A stretch of DNA of 64,000 nucleotides from NCBI GenBank assembly GCA_951406725.2, contig OX597814.1, forward strand, positions 9,548,001 through 9,612,000, given 5' to 3'. Made by a program: the position numbers and the translations under genes. Below the pieces are notes generated by a model. The model was not told the DNA's origin and did no database searches. It saw nothing but the letters and a program-made list of their open reading frames with translations. Every line of letters begins with the position of its first letter. Position 1 is the stretch's first letter. This document shows, piece after piece, positions 1-14,617 of the stretch. This DNA comes from Octopus vulgaris (Eukaryota).

Positions 1-1122
1 ATACATATATGAATACACACACACATACACACACAAACACACACACATATTACGTGTGTTTATGTACACATAGGCAAAACATATACATACACTCACATGT
101 ATATGTATGATATATAAATATATAAACTTTCATATTCTGTTGGTTTAATGTACCGGGTTCAAGAAGACGCGATTTGGATCAAAGAGCTGTCTGAAACGTT
201 ATTGAGTATCCTGCAATATTATCTTTAATATATAAACACTAATGATATAACATCACGAGTGTTCGTGCAAACATCAGTGACTGACGAGGATTGGAAATTC
301 TTGCTCCATGCTGCCTGCCTCATAGTGAAAGTATTTTCTATCGGAATTCTATAATTTGTAGCCGTGGAAGGGAGTTTAGTAGCCTGATCTATTTTAGTTT
401 CACTTTAGAACGAGGTCTGTTGATTGTTCGGTGAGGTTAGTGCTGGTAATTATGAAAATTGTTGTGAGAGGTTAGTCCTTTGTCATTTTTCGAGTTGTTT
501 GATTGCTAATTAAGATTCTACAGTGATTTAACGAACAAACCGTCTGAAAAGGCTCCACATTGCTTTGTCTACGCTTTCAGGATTTCTTGAACTATGTACT
601 GCGAACTAATGAAATGTTAATGAATTTAACTGTGATACTATTATTACTACATCAGGATGGTGGTGATGGTGGTAGAGGTGGAGAAGGATCTCCGTCGTTT
701 GGCGATGAGGATTCAGTTGTTCGGTGAGCTGAATGATCTAATCCTGAATCAACGTGTAGGCGGCTGTACTTTCCGGACACATGTGCCCTTAAGGTAATTC
801 TTAGGCAGAATCAGCGCGATACAGGGTGTAACAAGGGGCTACTATTTTGATTTATAGATTCAATCCATCCAACGAGCTTCTGTAAATTTCTGCTACCCAA
901 TTTCACTCTCCACATATGGGTCGACAGAGGCTATAGAGAATGACATTTGTTTAAGTTGCCACACAGTGGGATCGAACCAAACTTCGTAAGCATTCGACCA
1001 TACAGCGTCTACAGTTGCATCGTGCACAGCCATATATCACAGTGAGTTGTCTTCTCAATGCTAGCCGAGCTTGGCTATTGTGAGTTAAATATTTTGAATA
1101 CGGCTACAGCTATTGGTGATAG

Positions 1123-1422
1123 GTGGAGGCACATGGCCTAGTGGTTAGAGCAGCGGACTCGCAGTCGAGGGATCGCAGGTTCGAATCTCAGCCCGGGTGA
1201 TGTGTGTTGATGAGCGAAACACTTAAAGCTCCACGCGGCTCCGGCAGAAGGTAATGGCGAACTTCTGCTGACTCTTTAACCACAACTTTCTCTCACTCTT
1301 TCCTCCTGCATCTTGCAGCTCACCTGTGACGGACCGGCGTCCCGTCCAGGTGGGGAACCTATACGCCAAGGAAACCGGGAAACCGGCCCTTATGAGCTAG
1401 GCTCGAGAAGGAACAAACAACA
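1123..1422 (+). mobile_element. tRNA-derived SINE (group 3)
   Basis: Pol III A box TGGCCTAGTGG and B box GGTTCGAATC; head homologous to 4139-4498; ends in (ACA)-like tail. Confidence 0.8.
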
Positions 1423-1636
1423 ATTGGTGATAGAGTATCATCAAAATCCTTGTTAGTTACTGATATTTGCACGAACACTTGTGATATTATATCATTAGTG
1501 TTTATATATCAAAGATAATGTTGAAGGATACTCAACGACATTTCAGACAGCTCTTTGGTTCAAAGTGTGTCTTCTTGAACCCAATTTGAATGGGTTAACG
1601 GAACCTACATAACTGCACTTTTCTCAGACTGTTCTT

Positions 1637-1675
1637 TTCTTCTGAAGATGGACCTTTGCGCCTGAAATATAAAGG
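1637..1675 (+). ncRNA. Degenerate minimal hammerhead ribozyme-like motif
   Basis: tctt-CTGAAGA-TGG..CCT-GAAA-TATA-aagg; palindromic ATAT in place of stem III; weak stem II. Confidence 0.4.
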
Positions 1676-4138
1676 TTTCTTTGAACTTTCCGCATTGTCA
1701 GAAGCTTTCTATTTTCTCTCTTTTTTTTTTTACTTTCTTAGATATTACAATGCTTCAAGCGAACTACAATGTTCTTGAAACCTATAGTTTTTCTGGTACC
1801 ATATTAACTCTGTATGATTTGATATTTTTCTGATTCGTGGTTATATGATAGTTATGGGTGAGAAGGGATCTCCAGAAAAGTTTGCAGTTCTAAACAAGAA
1901 GAATTTTTATCAAGTGTTTAGTACTAAGTCAGAACTTGTCCTTACCTTACTTAGTCAATGTTCTTTCCACAATCCTGTGACGCAATATAAATCATATCAA
2001 TGTTAAAAATGAGAGACTGGAGAATAATTAATTATAAGAATAATCCATTGTTCCATCATGTCATTCTTTGCCAAGATGAACTAATTGAAAGCAAAAAAAA
2101 ACAAACATAAATAAAATAAAATAAAAAACCCTATTAAATTAAAAACTAACTAAACAAATTCCATACTCAAAATAAACGAAAGAAGCCACTTGAACCTTTC
2201 TTTATAAAGAATTCTCCACAGGGAAGCATAAAAACAATATTCTAATGTAATAGCCCTAATTGTCTTAAATGGTCATGGGACATTCGGTACAAAAGTATGA
2301 AACACGGTACTTCGGTTGAAAACTAGAAAAAATAAGTAAACAAATAATAGAACAGTTTAAGAACCATAGCCGAATTGCAATGGAATCATATCGGTGACTA
2401 GGTCGCAGTGGTGCGACGAAAATGGTGACACTAAATGATAAATGTTTAAGGGAAGTTAGCAGCCTTTGTGTGTTTCTGAATGACTAATAAGTATCTTCTA
2501 CACTGTAATTATTTTAGTTTCAACACACCGTCTCAAATCATATCACTTCTTAGGCAAGCACACCGCCGAAATAGTTGAACTGTGCTATTCTGAAAATAAA
2601 GTAATAAGATTTGGACAATATTTGGACAAAAATATGGCTATAAAAATTGTTTGTTTTTTTCTGTATGTAATGGATAACAAAGTGATTTTTAAAATATATC
2701 TTAATATGCCATTTTTATACAGAATAAAAAAAAATGGCTACTTAGAAATGAGTCTTTAGTAGGATTTAACATTATTACAATTCCATTTGTAGAACCAGAA
2801 AATATTACTTTTAATCAATTAATGATGCAGTAAATATCATATGTTGCACAATCTGAAATGTTTAGTTATGTATGTTTAATGATAAACAGCAAAAATTTTA
2901 GCCATTGCTGTTGTGCGCAATCTGAAACATGTGAACAAATATAAATGTCTTTTCTCTTGACCTCGGATCAACCAAAATTTGTGTGTGTAATTCAGGATAA
3001 CAGATTATGGAAAACTGTTAGATGGATTGTATCTAGAATTAAAACAGCCATTTTTTTTTTGCATACAGTGACATGCAAATTCTGTTTGGGAAATATTATA
3101 TTAAAAATAAAAGTATCTGTGGAATACTCAGCCACGTTAATATAATGCCTAGGTTGTTCCGTTAATCGAACTACTGGAAGCTCTAAATTGTCGAAACATT
3201 TACCTTTTGCTTTACTTGATAAACACATCACAAGACACAATAGCAAACCACGTCGCACTAAAGAAAGAGAAGGGTAGAGAGGAGGCAAGAAAGATGATCT
3301 ATATTACAAATAACATTATTTCTGATCGGCAAACTACTGATATCTACTACAAAAGAACAATGAAAGGGAGAGGAACTTCTAAATACAAAAATATCTACAG
3401 TTAAATGAGCGAAGGATTTGTAAGTTTTCCACAATTAGCAGCAAGTATACAGTTATGTGTCAAATTAAAACAATGCTTAAAGTATTTTTTGTAGTTTTGT
3501 TAGAGGAAGAAAGACTTTACTTACTCTAACTGGTGAGAGGAAAGGATTTGATCTGTTTTTTTTTTTAAAAATCTATTAATCAGGAGAAGACCATGTCTGC
3601 GATCCATTTACGGGGCCTCCAAGATTAGTGAACGGGAAAATACTTTCAAACCAGAGGCCTACAACAGAGTGAACTCCACTAAAAACATCCAATGTGTAGG
3701 TGGTGGTGTTGAGCCGGGCAGCAGATTAAGTCTATCACCCATGTAGACCATGGCGGAATTTGAACTCAGAATGCAGAGAACCAGAACAAATACTTGAAGG
3801 TACTCTATCCGGCACTCTAGCAACTCTGATGCGAATTCTCAAAAGAGTATGAACTCCACTAAAAAGCCAGATGTAGATGTCATGCCTGGTGGCAGATTAA
3901 GTCTCCGAGGCGTCTCTACACAATTTATGTCCATCAAATTTTCACTCACCGGCTTTGATCGATTCTATTCGAGGTTTTTACTGAATACTCTTAGCCATGG
4001 TGCGGCGTTGTGAGATCGAGCCCAGAACCTCGTAACTGAGGAGCGAATTTCATAATTACACAACCATTGCTGTGTTCATTTTACAAGGCTTTAGTCGGCT
4101 CGAGGCGAAATGACAAGCATCTTTAAATGGCACCACTA

Positions 4139-4498
4139 TAGAGGCCAGTGGTTAGGGCAGCGGACTCGCGGTTTCGATTCCCAGACCGGGCGTTGTGAGT
4201 GTTTATTGAGCGAAAACACCTAAAAGCTCCACGAGGCTCCGGCAGGGGATGGTGGTGATCCCTGCTGTACTCTTTAACCACAACTTTCTCTCACTCTTAC
4301 TTCCTGTTTCTGTTGTACCTGTATTTCAAAGGGCCGGCATTGTCACTCTCTGTGTCACGCTGAATATCCCCGAGAACTACGTTAAGGGTACACGTGTCTG
4401 TGGAGTGCTCAGCCACTTACACGTTAATTTCACGAGCAGGCTGTTCCGTTGATTCGGATCAACCGGAACCCTCGTCGTCGTAACCGACGGAGTGCTTC
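4139..4498 (+). mobile_element. tRNA-derived SINE (group 3)
   Basis: A/B-box-like head shared with 1123-1422; 3' part shared (inverted) with 57303-57430 and partly with 770-840. Confidence 0.8.
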
Positions 4499-4939
4499 CA
4501 GAATTCTTCCTTCAATTATTATGCTAATAAAAGAGAAGATCAAAGCAATACTAGTATGACGATTGATTATGTTTGGTGATTAAATGATTAGAAACCTTCT
4601 ACAAACATGCATGAAAATCAGAATTGCAATTATCACTAAAGAATCGCATTTACTTTTCTGTTTTTAAAATATCTATGGTGAACATATTGTTGTGGCTGAA
4701 AAAAAATTAAATTAGAAATTCAGAAAAAAAAAAAAGAAAAAAAACTATATCAAAATGGACGTGATGGATGAATATTTATTTAGAAAAGTTACTAAAAATG
4801 CTCTGTAATTTAGATTGGTATAATGAATAGAATTAAATTTTTAAATCGAGATCAATTGATTGATCTTCGCATTTCGATTTAATTAGTTGTTTCTTTGAGC
4901 AAGTCGCTCTTTTCGTCTTGTTTGTTTCATCTTTATCTG

Positions 4940-5120
4940 TTACTTATTTCCGTCATTAGACTGCGGCCATGTTGATACACTGCCTTGAAGGGTTAAGTCG
5001 AACAAATCGACCCTAGTACATGATTTTTTTTTAAAGTCTGGGACTTATTCTATTGGTTTCTTTTACTGAAGAATCGCTAAGTTATGGGAATATAAAGAAA
5101 CCAACACCGGTTGCGAAGCA
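4940..5120 (-). mobile_element. SINE group 1, degenerate 3' half
   Basis: gactgcggccatg...gacttattctattgg...ccaacaccggttg matches the 3' half of the full copies. Confidence 0.7.
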
Positions 5121-5328
5121 ACACAAACACTAAGTTAAACACACACACACACACGCGCGCGCGCCAACATACACACGCGCGCGCCAACACACACGCGCGC
5201 GCCAACACACACACACACACACACGCGCACGCACACACACGCACACACAAGACCACAGGGTTTAGAAGCAAGCTTTTAACCCCACATTTGCGCTTATTTC
5301 TTTTTACTCAACTAAAGGAAAAATATAA

Positions 5329-5373
<45 letters not shown>

Positions 5374-5678
5374 CTATCTACATACATCTATCTATATACA
5401 TGCATATGTATATATAAACACACGCATACATGCTCAAACATACATACGAGACAACGAGGAAAACTATACAAGGTTTCTTTTTGTTCTTAATATGACAGCC
5501 AACTATTTTGGAAAAGAGTACGCATATTCAAACATTTTTAGCGACTTGAGATATAAAGTAAAACAATTTATGAAGTTGACAAAATAGCGTGAAACAGATT
5601 ATCAAAACAACTCGCGACCACGCAAGAAAAGGAGTGACACAACGATTACTAAATTGATGAATGGCAAATAATAGATTA

Positions 5679-6093
5679 CTCTTTACTCTTTTTACTCTTT
5701 TACTTGTTTCAGTCATTTGACTGCGGCCATGCTGGAGCACCGCCTTTAATCGAGCAACTCGACCCCGGGACTTATTCTTTTGTAAGCCCAGTACTTATTC
5801 TATCGGTCTCTTTTGCCGAACCGCTAAGTAACGGGGACATAAACATACCAGCATCGGTTGTCAAGCAATGTTAGGGGGACAAACACACTCACACAAACAC
5901 ACACACGCATATATATATATACATATATACGACGGGCTTCTTTCAGTTTCCGTCTACCAAATCCACTCACAAGGCTTTGGTCGGCCCGAGGCTATAGTAG
6001 AAGACACTTGCCCAAGGTGCCACGCAGTGGGACTGAACCCGGAACCATGTGGCTGGTAAACAAGCTACTTACCACACAGCCACTCCTGCGCCT
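5679..6093 (-). mobile_element. tRNA-derived SINE group 1, full length (~410 bp)
   Basis: Head GGCGCAGGAGTGGCTGTGTGGT...GGTTCAGTCCC, internal TA/TG microsatellite, tail GGCGGTGCTCCAGCATGGCCGCAGTCAAATGACTGAAAC plus (AGTAAAAG)n; many copies in the window. Confidence 0.93.
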
Positions 6094-6355
6094 ATTAGTA
6101 AAGAATTTCAGAAAAAAAATTTATAGATTAAGATGTGAAGAAAGGAAATGATTTTCAAATAAACAAGATTGACGCTGACAAAAAACAAAACAAAAAGATA
6201 ATAATCGACAATTTGGCAAATGAAACGACGACAATCATTCACAACGTCATAATAAAACAATACGTAAAACCCGTCAATGAAAACACTAGTCATAAGCAAA
6301 GGAGCGAAACTATTCAAAATTATATATAACCAACTGGAATATCGAAAGAAGAGAG

Positions 6356-6400
6356 TTCTTCCCTGAATATCACTGGAGCGCGAAACTCGAGTCGCGGGAA
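6356..6400 (+). ncRNA. Degenerate hammerhead-like motif
   Basis: ttcttcc-CTGAATA-...-GAAAC-TCGA-GTC-gcgggaa; palindromic loop III and GUC triplet intact, core G8 and stem II decayed. Confidence 0.45.
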
Positions 6401-6472
6401 ACGGTATTCAGTTAAGACAACATGCATTGAATAATACTTTGCTTCTTTCGTTGACCAAAAGTGACATTGGAA

Positions 6473-6588
<116 letters not shown>

Positions 6589-6671
6589 ATCCTAGATAGC
6601 TAGCTGTCTACCTGCCATGTACATACCTATTTATGTACGTATGTGTGTATGTATGTATGTATGTATGTATT

Positions 6672-6714
<43 letters not shown>

Positions 6715-6775
6715 GTTTGCATATACATATGCATATGTATATATATGAATAAATATAGTATATATGAATAAATGA

Positions 6776-6826
<51 letters not shown>

Positions 6827-7021
6827 ACCGTTTACAAACTCTATGCCTGGAATGACCAATTTTAAATACTATGGGAACTTACTCACAAGGTACTGGAATC
6901 TTATATGTATACCATTCTGCCTGAATAATGGAACTGAAGATACAATATCGCTGCATATCTCACGTCTGTTTTCAATCCTCATCTTATCTAGAATAACTAT
7001 TTCTTAACCATTTTCTCACAC

Positions 7022-7059
7022 CATCTCCGATGAAGGGATATATAAAATATCCCGGAAGC
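7022..7059 (+). ncRNA. Truncated hammerhead-like motif at the end of a (TA)n-embedded module (6823-7059)
   Basis: CCGATGA-A-GGGATAT-ataaa-ATATCCC-GGAA; perfect 7-bp stem II; 3' part replaced by CA repeat. Confidence 0.5.
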
Positions 7060-7099
7060 ACACACACACATATATATATGCAGATGTATACATACATAG

Positions 7100-7173
<74 letters not shown>

Positions 7174-7320
7174 GTTGTATACTGTCGATTTAACGTGACA
7201 GTAGGGGATTACACCACCGCTGTTTAGCCCTAGGAAGCATCGACGCTTCCTGATGGCTTCGACACATTTTTTCCCTGTGTCCTTATATATTTATTATATA
7301 TATATATATATATATATATT

Positions 7321-7390
7321 GATTTTGATTTTTGATTTTTCCAGTTTCAGCTAATGAGCTGTAGCCATGCTGGGGCACCGCCATTTTGAG
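7321..7390 (-). mobile_element. CR1-like LINE extreme 3' tail
   Basis: Near identical to 19553-19620 (GGCGGTGCCCCAGCATGG..CAGCTCATTAGCTGAAAC plus (AAAATC)n). Confidence 0.75.
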
Positions 7391-7439
7391 CATTTTGAGC
7401 ATATATATATATATATACACACACACATATATATATATA

Positions 7440-7820
7440 TCTATATATAAACGGCAGTTTGTCTGTGTGTGTGTGTCTGTGTGTCTGTCAGGTTGTACCC
7501 TCACCCTGACCATGGCTTTCAACCGATTCTGATGAAACTTGACACACACATAGCCCAATGTCATAATTCAAAACCAAAGCAGCGAAAATTTTGAAAAGTT
7601 CCCCCAATTCTGAAAAGAATCGATAAATTCGACATGGGGTCGAGAATCAGAAACACAAACCACAGACTGTCTAGGGGATGCAACTCGACCGTTTTAACTC
7701 TCAAAAAAAAATTTACCATAATTTTTTTCCATTTTTTTCTATTTTTTGGCTATAACTCTCTAAAAATGCTTTATAGTTATTTCCCTTACAAACCCGAGCA
7801 ACACCGGGCGATACTGCTAG
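7440..7820 (+). mobile_element. Non-autonomous Helitron
   Basis: 5' TCTATATATAA, subterminal hairpin CCCGAGCAACACCGGG, 3' CTAG, inserted between A and T. Confidence 0.85.
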
Positions 7821-7824
7821 TATG

Positions 7825-7892
<68 letters not shown>

Positions 7893-7907
7893 CATATATA
7901 CATATAT

Positions 7908-7950
<43 letters not shown>

Positions 7951-7975
7951 TACATATATATATATATATACACAC

Positions 7976-8068
<93 letters not shown>

Positions 8069-9244
8069 CATATATATATAAGCATCTCTCTCTCTCTCTA
8101 TATATATATGTGTGTGTGCGTATATGTATGTGTGTGTGCATATTTATGTATGAGTGTATGTATGCATGCGAATGGAAACACACCGAAGAACACATAAGTA
8201 CATCCCCCGCTTCTCCTCTTCTTCCCTGCCACAATACTCTTCCACAGTTTTATCGTTGTACGTTGCCGTATTACTACTGTCTTTAAGTGTTGTATAATAG
8301 CGTATTTCTTTACGTTTATTCATCTAATGCACACTTATATATCAACGGTGGAGATATATGTTACCCACTCACGACACCACTACCTTTTAAACACGGCGAT
8401 GTAAGAGGAGTTTCGTCTTTGCCAGCAATAAAGCTATGATTGATTGATGCAGATGACATTCCTTACCATTATGCAAAACGGCTTTTCTTAAGTCGAAACG
8501 CTGGGTTGAAAGATAGCGATTTTTCACTTATTCATCTTCTAATTTACAGCCACTGTTTCGTAATGAAAAGGCCTTTATTTCCCCATCCTGCAATCATGAC
8601 CAGCTCGACATTCTGCATCACCCGTAAAATTGCAATTATCCAAAGCTTCAATTTGAATAATGATTATGCCAATGTGTTGCTGTTAGACGAATTTATGCAA
8701 GTGCTGTTAACGTCAGAAGTGACCGGCAGGGGTCAGACCCGTCACGAGCTAGCAGTTCAGGACAACTCGGGACAATTACTCGGGCAGGTGAACTGAAACA
8801 AATGACCTGATCAGGTTTTCAATGTCAAACGAATTTCTAATAACGTTGATGCCATATTTCCAAGGCAAAGAACAGCCATATATCGAACCATGTAAGATAA
8901 CGAGATTGGAGCGAGGTGGGCGGAATCTCATCAGGAAGAAAAGAGGAAGAATGCATTGATATCTGCATTGAAAGAGAATAGGTGAAGACGGAGAATGGGA
9001 ATTGTTGGGGGGTGGGGTAGTGGGGAGAAAGGGAATTGATGGTGATGGAGAAGATAAAGTAAGAAAGAAGAAGAAGTGAGAAAGAGAAAGGAAGAAAGTA
9101 GGAGGGAGAGAGAGAGAGAGAGTGAGAGAGTGAAGGAAAATAAGGAAAAGGGAAATGTCAAGGTTAGATTGAAAGTGAACGGGAACAAAACTGAATAAGA
9201 AAACGAAAACCGCCGAAGGAGTTCATAAATTTACATACGTGCAT

Positions 9245-9345
<101 letters not shown>

Positions 9346-9700
9346 TGTATTGTACGGATGTGTAAATGTATGCACATATGTTAGTAAATATATATATATA
9401 TATACAAACATAAATACATATCTCTCTCTCTCTATATATATATATACATACATACATATACATATATATATATGTGTAACTATCTATCTATATACAGATA
9501 TATATATGTATGTGTGTACACACACACACACATATATATTTATATATACGCATAATTTTATAAACGCATGTACAATTATGCATGTGTGTATATGTGTTTA
9601 AGCATATTGTCCGTTAGGTAAAGTGACTTTATAAGAAGAGCTGACAGACTTACGTGATGTGAGAGTGTGTGTGTATATGTACATATGTATATAAATATAC

Positions 9701-9748
<48 letters not shown>

Positions 9749-9833
9749 CATATATAGATAGAGATATAGATTGTATATATTTATACACACATATGCATGC
9801 ATATTTATAAAGCTATATGCATATGTATAAAGC

Positions 9834-9864
<31 letters not shown>

Positions 9865-10089
9865 TAGAGATATAGATGGTATATATTTATACACACATAT
9901 GCATGTATATGTATAAAGCTATATATATATATATATATATACACGCACACATACATGCAGACATATATAAGTATATACTCAGGGTATGCATGCTAAATTT
10001 GATCGTTTGCATAAAAGAAAACAAAAACACAATATCCCATTCAAAAAGGACTTTATTAAAAGAAAAAAAAATCAAAAATATCAACTAAG

Positions 10090-10530
10090 TTATGGCTGGG
10101 AGATAACAGTTTTCTCAAAGTAGCCTCCTTCAGATTCCACTGCGGCCTCAAGACGGCTCCAGAACCTAGTGCATGTGTTTCTCACTGTATTCTTGAGAAA
10201 ATCTTCGAATACCTTCTTAATAGTGTTGCAAAGAGTGATTGGCGTCTTTCTCAAGCATGCCTCACATATATTAATCTTGAGATTACATTCGGGGTAATTA
10301 GGAGCCCAGAAATTGTGGCTGATGAAATTCTCCGACAACCACTTCTGACTCTTTCCGGAGGTATGGCAAGGAGCCAAATCCTGCTGCTACACACATGAAC
10401 GACCAGCAAGCAATCCTTTTCAGCCAGAGATTGACCACAGTCCCCAGCAGCATAACATATCCATCTGAATTGAGTCTAAAGCTTTGTTCAAAGATATAGG
10501 GCGACATGACGTCACCCTCACCGGAGACAT
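10090..10530 (-). pseudogene. Tc1/mariner-superfamily transposase C-terminal fragment
   Basis: Frameshifted peptides VSGEGDVMSPYIFEQ..LNSDGY and (QQD)xAPCHTSGKSQKWLSENF..FWAPNYPECN resembling DDD/E catalytic motifs QQDxAPxH and WPPNSPD. Confidence 0.85.
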
Positions 10531-10842
10531 ACACAATTTGGTTTACGTGATATACACATTACGTCTTACAGTCTGTACAGTGCTTAGAGAGCACAGAGCA
10601 ACAGTCATGATGTCGGCAGTTTGATACAGGTCATCATGATACAGGTAAGTATTTTCTAGTATTCAGGCAGTTTCCAGCCGTCCATGTTAGGTAACTTTTT
10701 CTCATCTCCAACGTTTAATCCTTATACTCCCAACGCCGTTGATTGTTCAACAATACATCAAGCTACTCCTGAAAATTGGAGACTTACAAAATCATCAAAA
10801 TTAACCTGAACATCCTATATATACTGAGAAATAAGAAGAATA

Positions 10843-11175
<333 letters not shown>

Positions 11176-11994
11176 ATATATATATATATATAAATTAGAA
11201 CAAAAGCTATCTTTTATCAATTCAATATTGAAAAATTAAATTATACCATTTAGAAAAAATTACATAAAGAAAAATTAAATATAAGATAAAACATATAACA
11301 ATGATTAAGTAATGTGCAAAATAATAAATAAAACATATATATTTGGTAGAATAACGACACGTGTTTTGTGGCTATATTTAAGAAATGATAATAGTAAAAA
11401 TAATAGTAGTAGTAGTAAAATCCCTTCAATATATTATTATTATTATTATTATATATTTATATATTTGTATATATATATTTATATATATATAAACGGTTGA
11501 AGTCTTGAAGTAAGTGCTCAACTATTTCAGTTGATCACTTTCGATACCAGTATACTTTGTTAGAGTGTAGGTCTGGAGAAGTGCCACTCTAATATTTAAA
11601 ACCACAAATATTACGTAAATTTTCACTTGAAACTTTTGAGTGAACTGGCATTGAAATCACAATTGGTACAGAAACGTGTAACTAATAATTAAAAATGCCT
11701 TAAAATCTCTCTTCATCTTGGATCAATTGTACCTTTCATTAAACCCACACGACAGTTTCACCTTTGTGAAACATGCATTTTCTACACCTGAAGAATTTTG
11801 ATATTAGTCTGGAATCCGACTAAAGCTCGACTTGAGTGCTGCATTGAAAATATCTCATCTTTCTACCCCGCCCATACACACACACACACACACACACACA
11901 CATATTTGTAGATGTGTGTATATGTACACACACACACACAATTTGTATTAATACAGTTACTGAAAGAATAGTAATAATAATGATGATGATGATG

Positions 11995-12070
<76 letters not shown>

Positions 12071-12478
12071 TGCGACGAAAGAATTTGACAAGATCAGTAA
12101 ATATAAAGATTTGCTTATAGAAATTGAAAAAATGTGGCATCTCAAGGCGACTACAGTACCAGTGATTGTAGGATCTCTAGGAATGATAAAAAAAGAAAGG
12201 TACTGAAACCTATTTGAAAATGATACCAGGCTTACCATCCCTACAGGAAGTGCAAAAATCGTGTTAACTGGAACGACTCATGTACTAAGTAGAGCACTAT
12301 CACTGTGAAATCAACATCCATTCATGAATTTATTTATTTATTTATATTTTAAATACATATTTTACCTGTGAATTTGCGTGTGTAATCTGGGAATGCATAC
12401 AATGAGCTTCTCTGCTCTAGGTTTACGGAAAACACTCGTCAAGAAACGGAAGAAAATTTGAAGAAAGAAGGAAAATAA

Positions 12479-12480
<2 letters not shown>
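12071..12480 (+). mobile_element. R4/Dong-like RLE non-LTR retrotransposon 3' end inserted in (TAA)n
   Basis: KEFDKISKYKDLLIEIEKMWHLKATTVPVIVGSLG..IPGLPSLQEVQK..LTGTTHVL typical of the restriction-like endonuclease C-terminus; flanked by TAA arrays. Confidence 0.85.
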
Positions 12481-12553
<73 letters not shown>

Positions 12554-12579
12554 AAGGAGAAGAAGAAGAAGAAGAAGAA

Positions 12580-13197
12580 CTAGTAGTAATACCCGTCGTT
12601 GACCGGGTAATTACTTTTACAGTTTCCCAGGAGCCACATTCAAAGTATATATAATCTACTCCTCCTGTATGTGTGTATTTTTATAAGAAAAAAAAATGTA
12701 ATAACTGAAGTCGAAAAAAGCTCAGTTTCATACATGAACTTCTGTTTGTTTATTATATGACAATAATAAGTGAGTTGTATGGTTTATTTTATTTACTAAT
12801 ACAGTAATGGTAATTATATAATATTATATAAGAGAAAACCATGTAATAATTGAAGTAGAAAAATGATGGATTTCATATACGAACTTATGTTTGTTCTTCA
12901 AGCTGCAATCCAGCAATTTTTAGTGTTTGGCCCTGATTTTTATTAATGCTCATGACAAAAGAAAGTGGGATAGTAAACTGCAAGGGCTTAAATTTGAATG
13001 GGATATTAGGCGGTATAATTGGTATTCGAGGAACGAAGACGGTATCATGTTTACCACAACCAGTGAGAATATTTGTCTCAATGGAGTTCGTCATATGTTT
13101 GTGCACACTTAGTGTTGCCTCCCTTGAACCATTTACTTTCATTTTATGGGACAAACAAACATAGAAACGGACAGAATCTCTCTTATATAGATATAGA
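12580..13197 (-). mobile_element. Internally deleted Helitron with Pif1-like helicase fragment (copy 1)
   Basis: 5' TCTATATCTATATAA, 3' hairpin ACCCGGTCAACGACGGGT plus CTAG; peptide ILTGCGKHDTVFVPRIPIIP..PFKFK..QFTIPLSFVMSINKNQGQTL (helicase motif V region). Confidence 0.9.
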
Positions 13198-13205
13198 TAA
13201 TGTTG

Positions 13206-13344
<139 letters not shown>

Positions 13345-13739
13345 TGCGACGAAAAAGTTTGACAAGATAGTAAATATAAAGATTTGCAAGAAATGGTGAA
13401 AAAATGATGAAGGCAACTACAGTACCTCAATGATTGCTAGGATAAATGATAAAAAAGGAATACTTGAAACCTATTTGAAAATGCAATACCAAACACCATC
13501 CCACAGGAAGGCAAAAATCGTGTTAACTGGAACGACTCATGTACTGAGTGAGAACTATCACTGTGAAATCAAATCCATTCATGAATTTATTTATTTATTT
13601 ACATTTTAAATACATATTTTACCTGTGAAGACTGCATGTGTAATCTGGGAATCAAAAGCAATGAGCTACCTAGCTCAAAGTAAAGAAACCTTACTAGTGA
13701 CAGAAAGGAGAAGAAAATTTGAAGAAAGAAGGAAAATAA

Positions 13740-13740
<1 letters not shown>
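13345..13740 (+). mobile_element. Second, scrambled copy of the R4/Dong-like 3' end
   Basis: Aligns to 12071-12480 with many small indels and patches matching 14660-14940. Confidence 0.7.
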
Positions 13741-13835
<95 letters not shown>

Positions 13836-13861
13836 AAGGAGAAGAAGAAGAAGAAGAAGAA

Positions 13862-14478
13862 CTAGTAGTAATACCCGTCGTTGACCGGGTAATTACTTTT
13901 ACAGTTTCCCAGGAGCCACATTCAAAGTATATATAATCTACTCCTCCTGTATGTGTGTATTTTTATAAGAAAAAAAAATGTAATAACTGAAGTCGAAAAA
14001 AGCTCAGTTTCATACATGAACTTCTGTTTGTTTATTATATGACAATAATAAGTGAGTTGTATGGTTTATTTTATTTACTAATACAGTAATGGTAATTATA
14101 TAATATTATATAAGAGAAAACCATGTAATAATTGAAGTAGAAAAATGATGGATTTCATATACGAACTTATGTTTGTTCTTCAAGCTGCAATCCAGCAATT
14201 TTTAGTGTTTGGCCCTGATTTTTATTAATGCTCATGGCAAAAGAAAGTGGGATAGTAAACTGCAAGGGCTTAAATTTGAATGGGATATTAGGCGGTATAA
14301 TTGGTATTCGAGGAACGAAGACGGTATCATGTTTACCACAACCAGTGAGAATATTTGTCTCAATGGAGTTCGTCATATGTTTGTGCACACTTAGTGTTGC
14401 CTCCCTTGAACCATTTACTTTCATTTTATGGGACAAACAAACATAGAAACGGACAGAATCTCTTATATAGAAAAAGAT
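13862..14478 (-). mobile_element. Internally deleted Helitron (copy 2, offset 1282 bp)
   Basis: Near-identical to 12580-13197. Confidence 0.9.
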
Positions 14479-14485
14479 AATGTTG

Positions 14486-14563
<78 letters not shown>

Positions 14564-14581
14564 CTGATGCTGCTGCTGATG

Positions 14582-14617
<36 letters not shown>

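Noticed and set aside
1123-1197. tRNA-like cloverleaf (also 4139, 46382)
   Set aside because: Continues into SINE body shared with other copies; stems degenerate; SINE head rather than tRNA gene
1742-1921. Strong acceptor followed by possible exon; likewise 48948-49144, 58539-58689 and donors at 10645 and 49712
   Set aside because: Stops in most frames, no recognisable protein, no consistent exon chain
3664-3904. Imperfect ~65-bp direct repeats around a SINE fragment; 40-bp repeats at 16110-16195
   Set aside because: Only two degenerate units each; not a CRISPR-like array or LTR pair; likely local duplications
8478-8506. GGCTT..AAGTC-GAAAC hairpin resembling HHR stem II
   Set aside because: No CUGANGA-like core and no NUH/stem I
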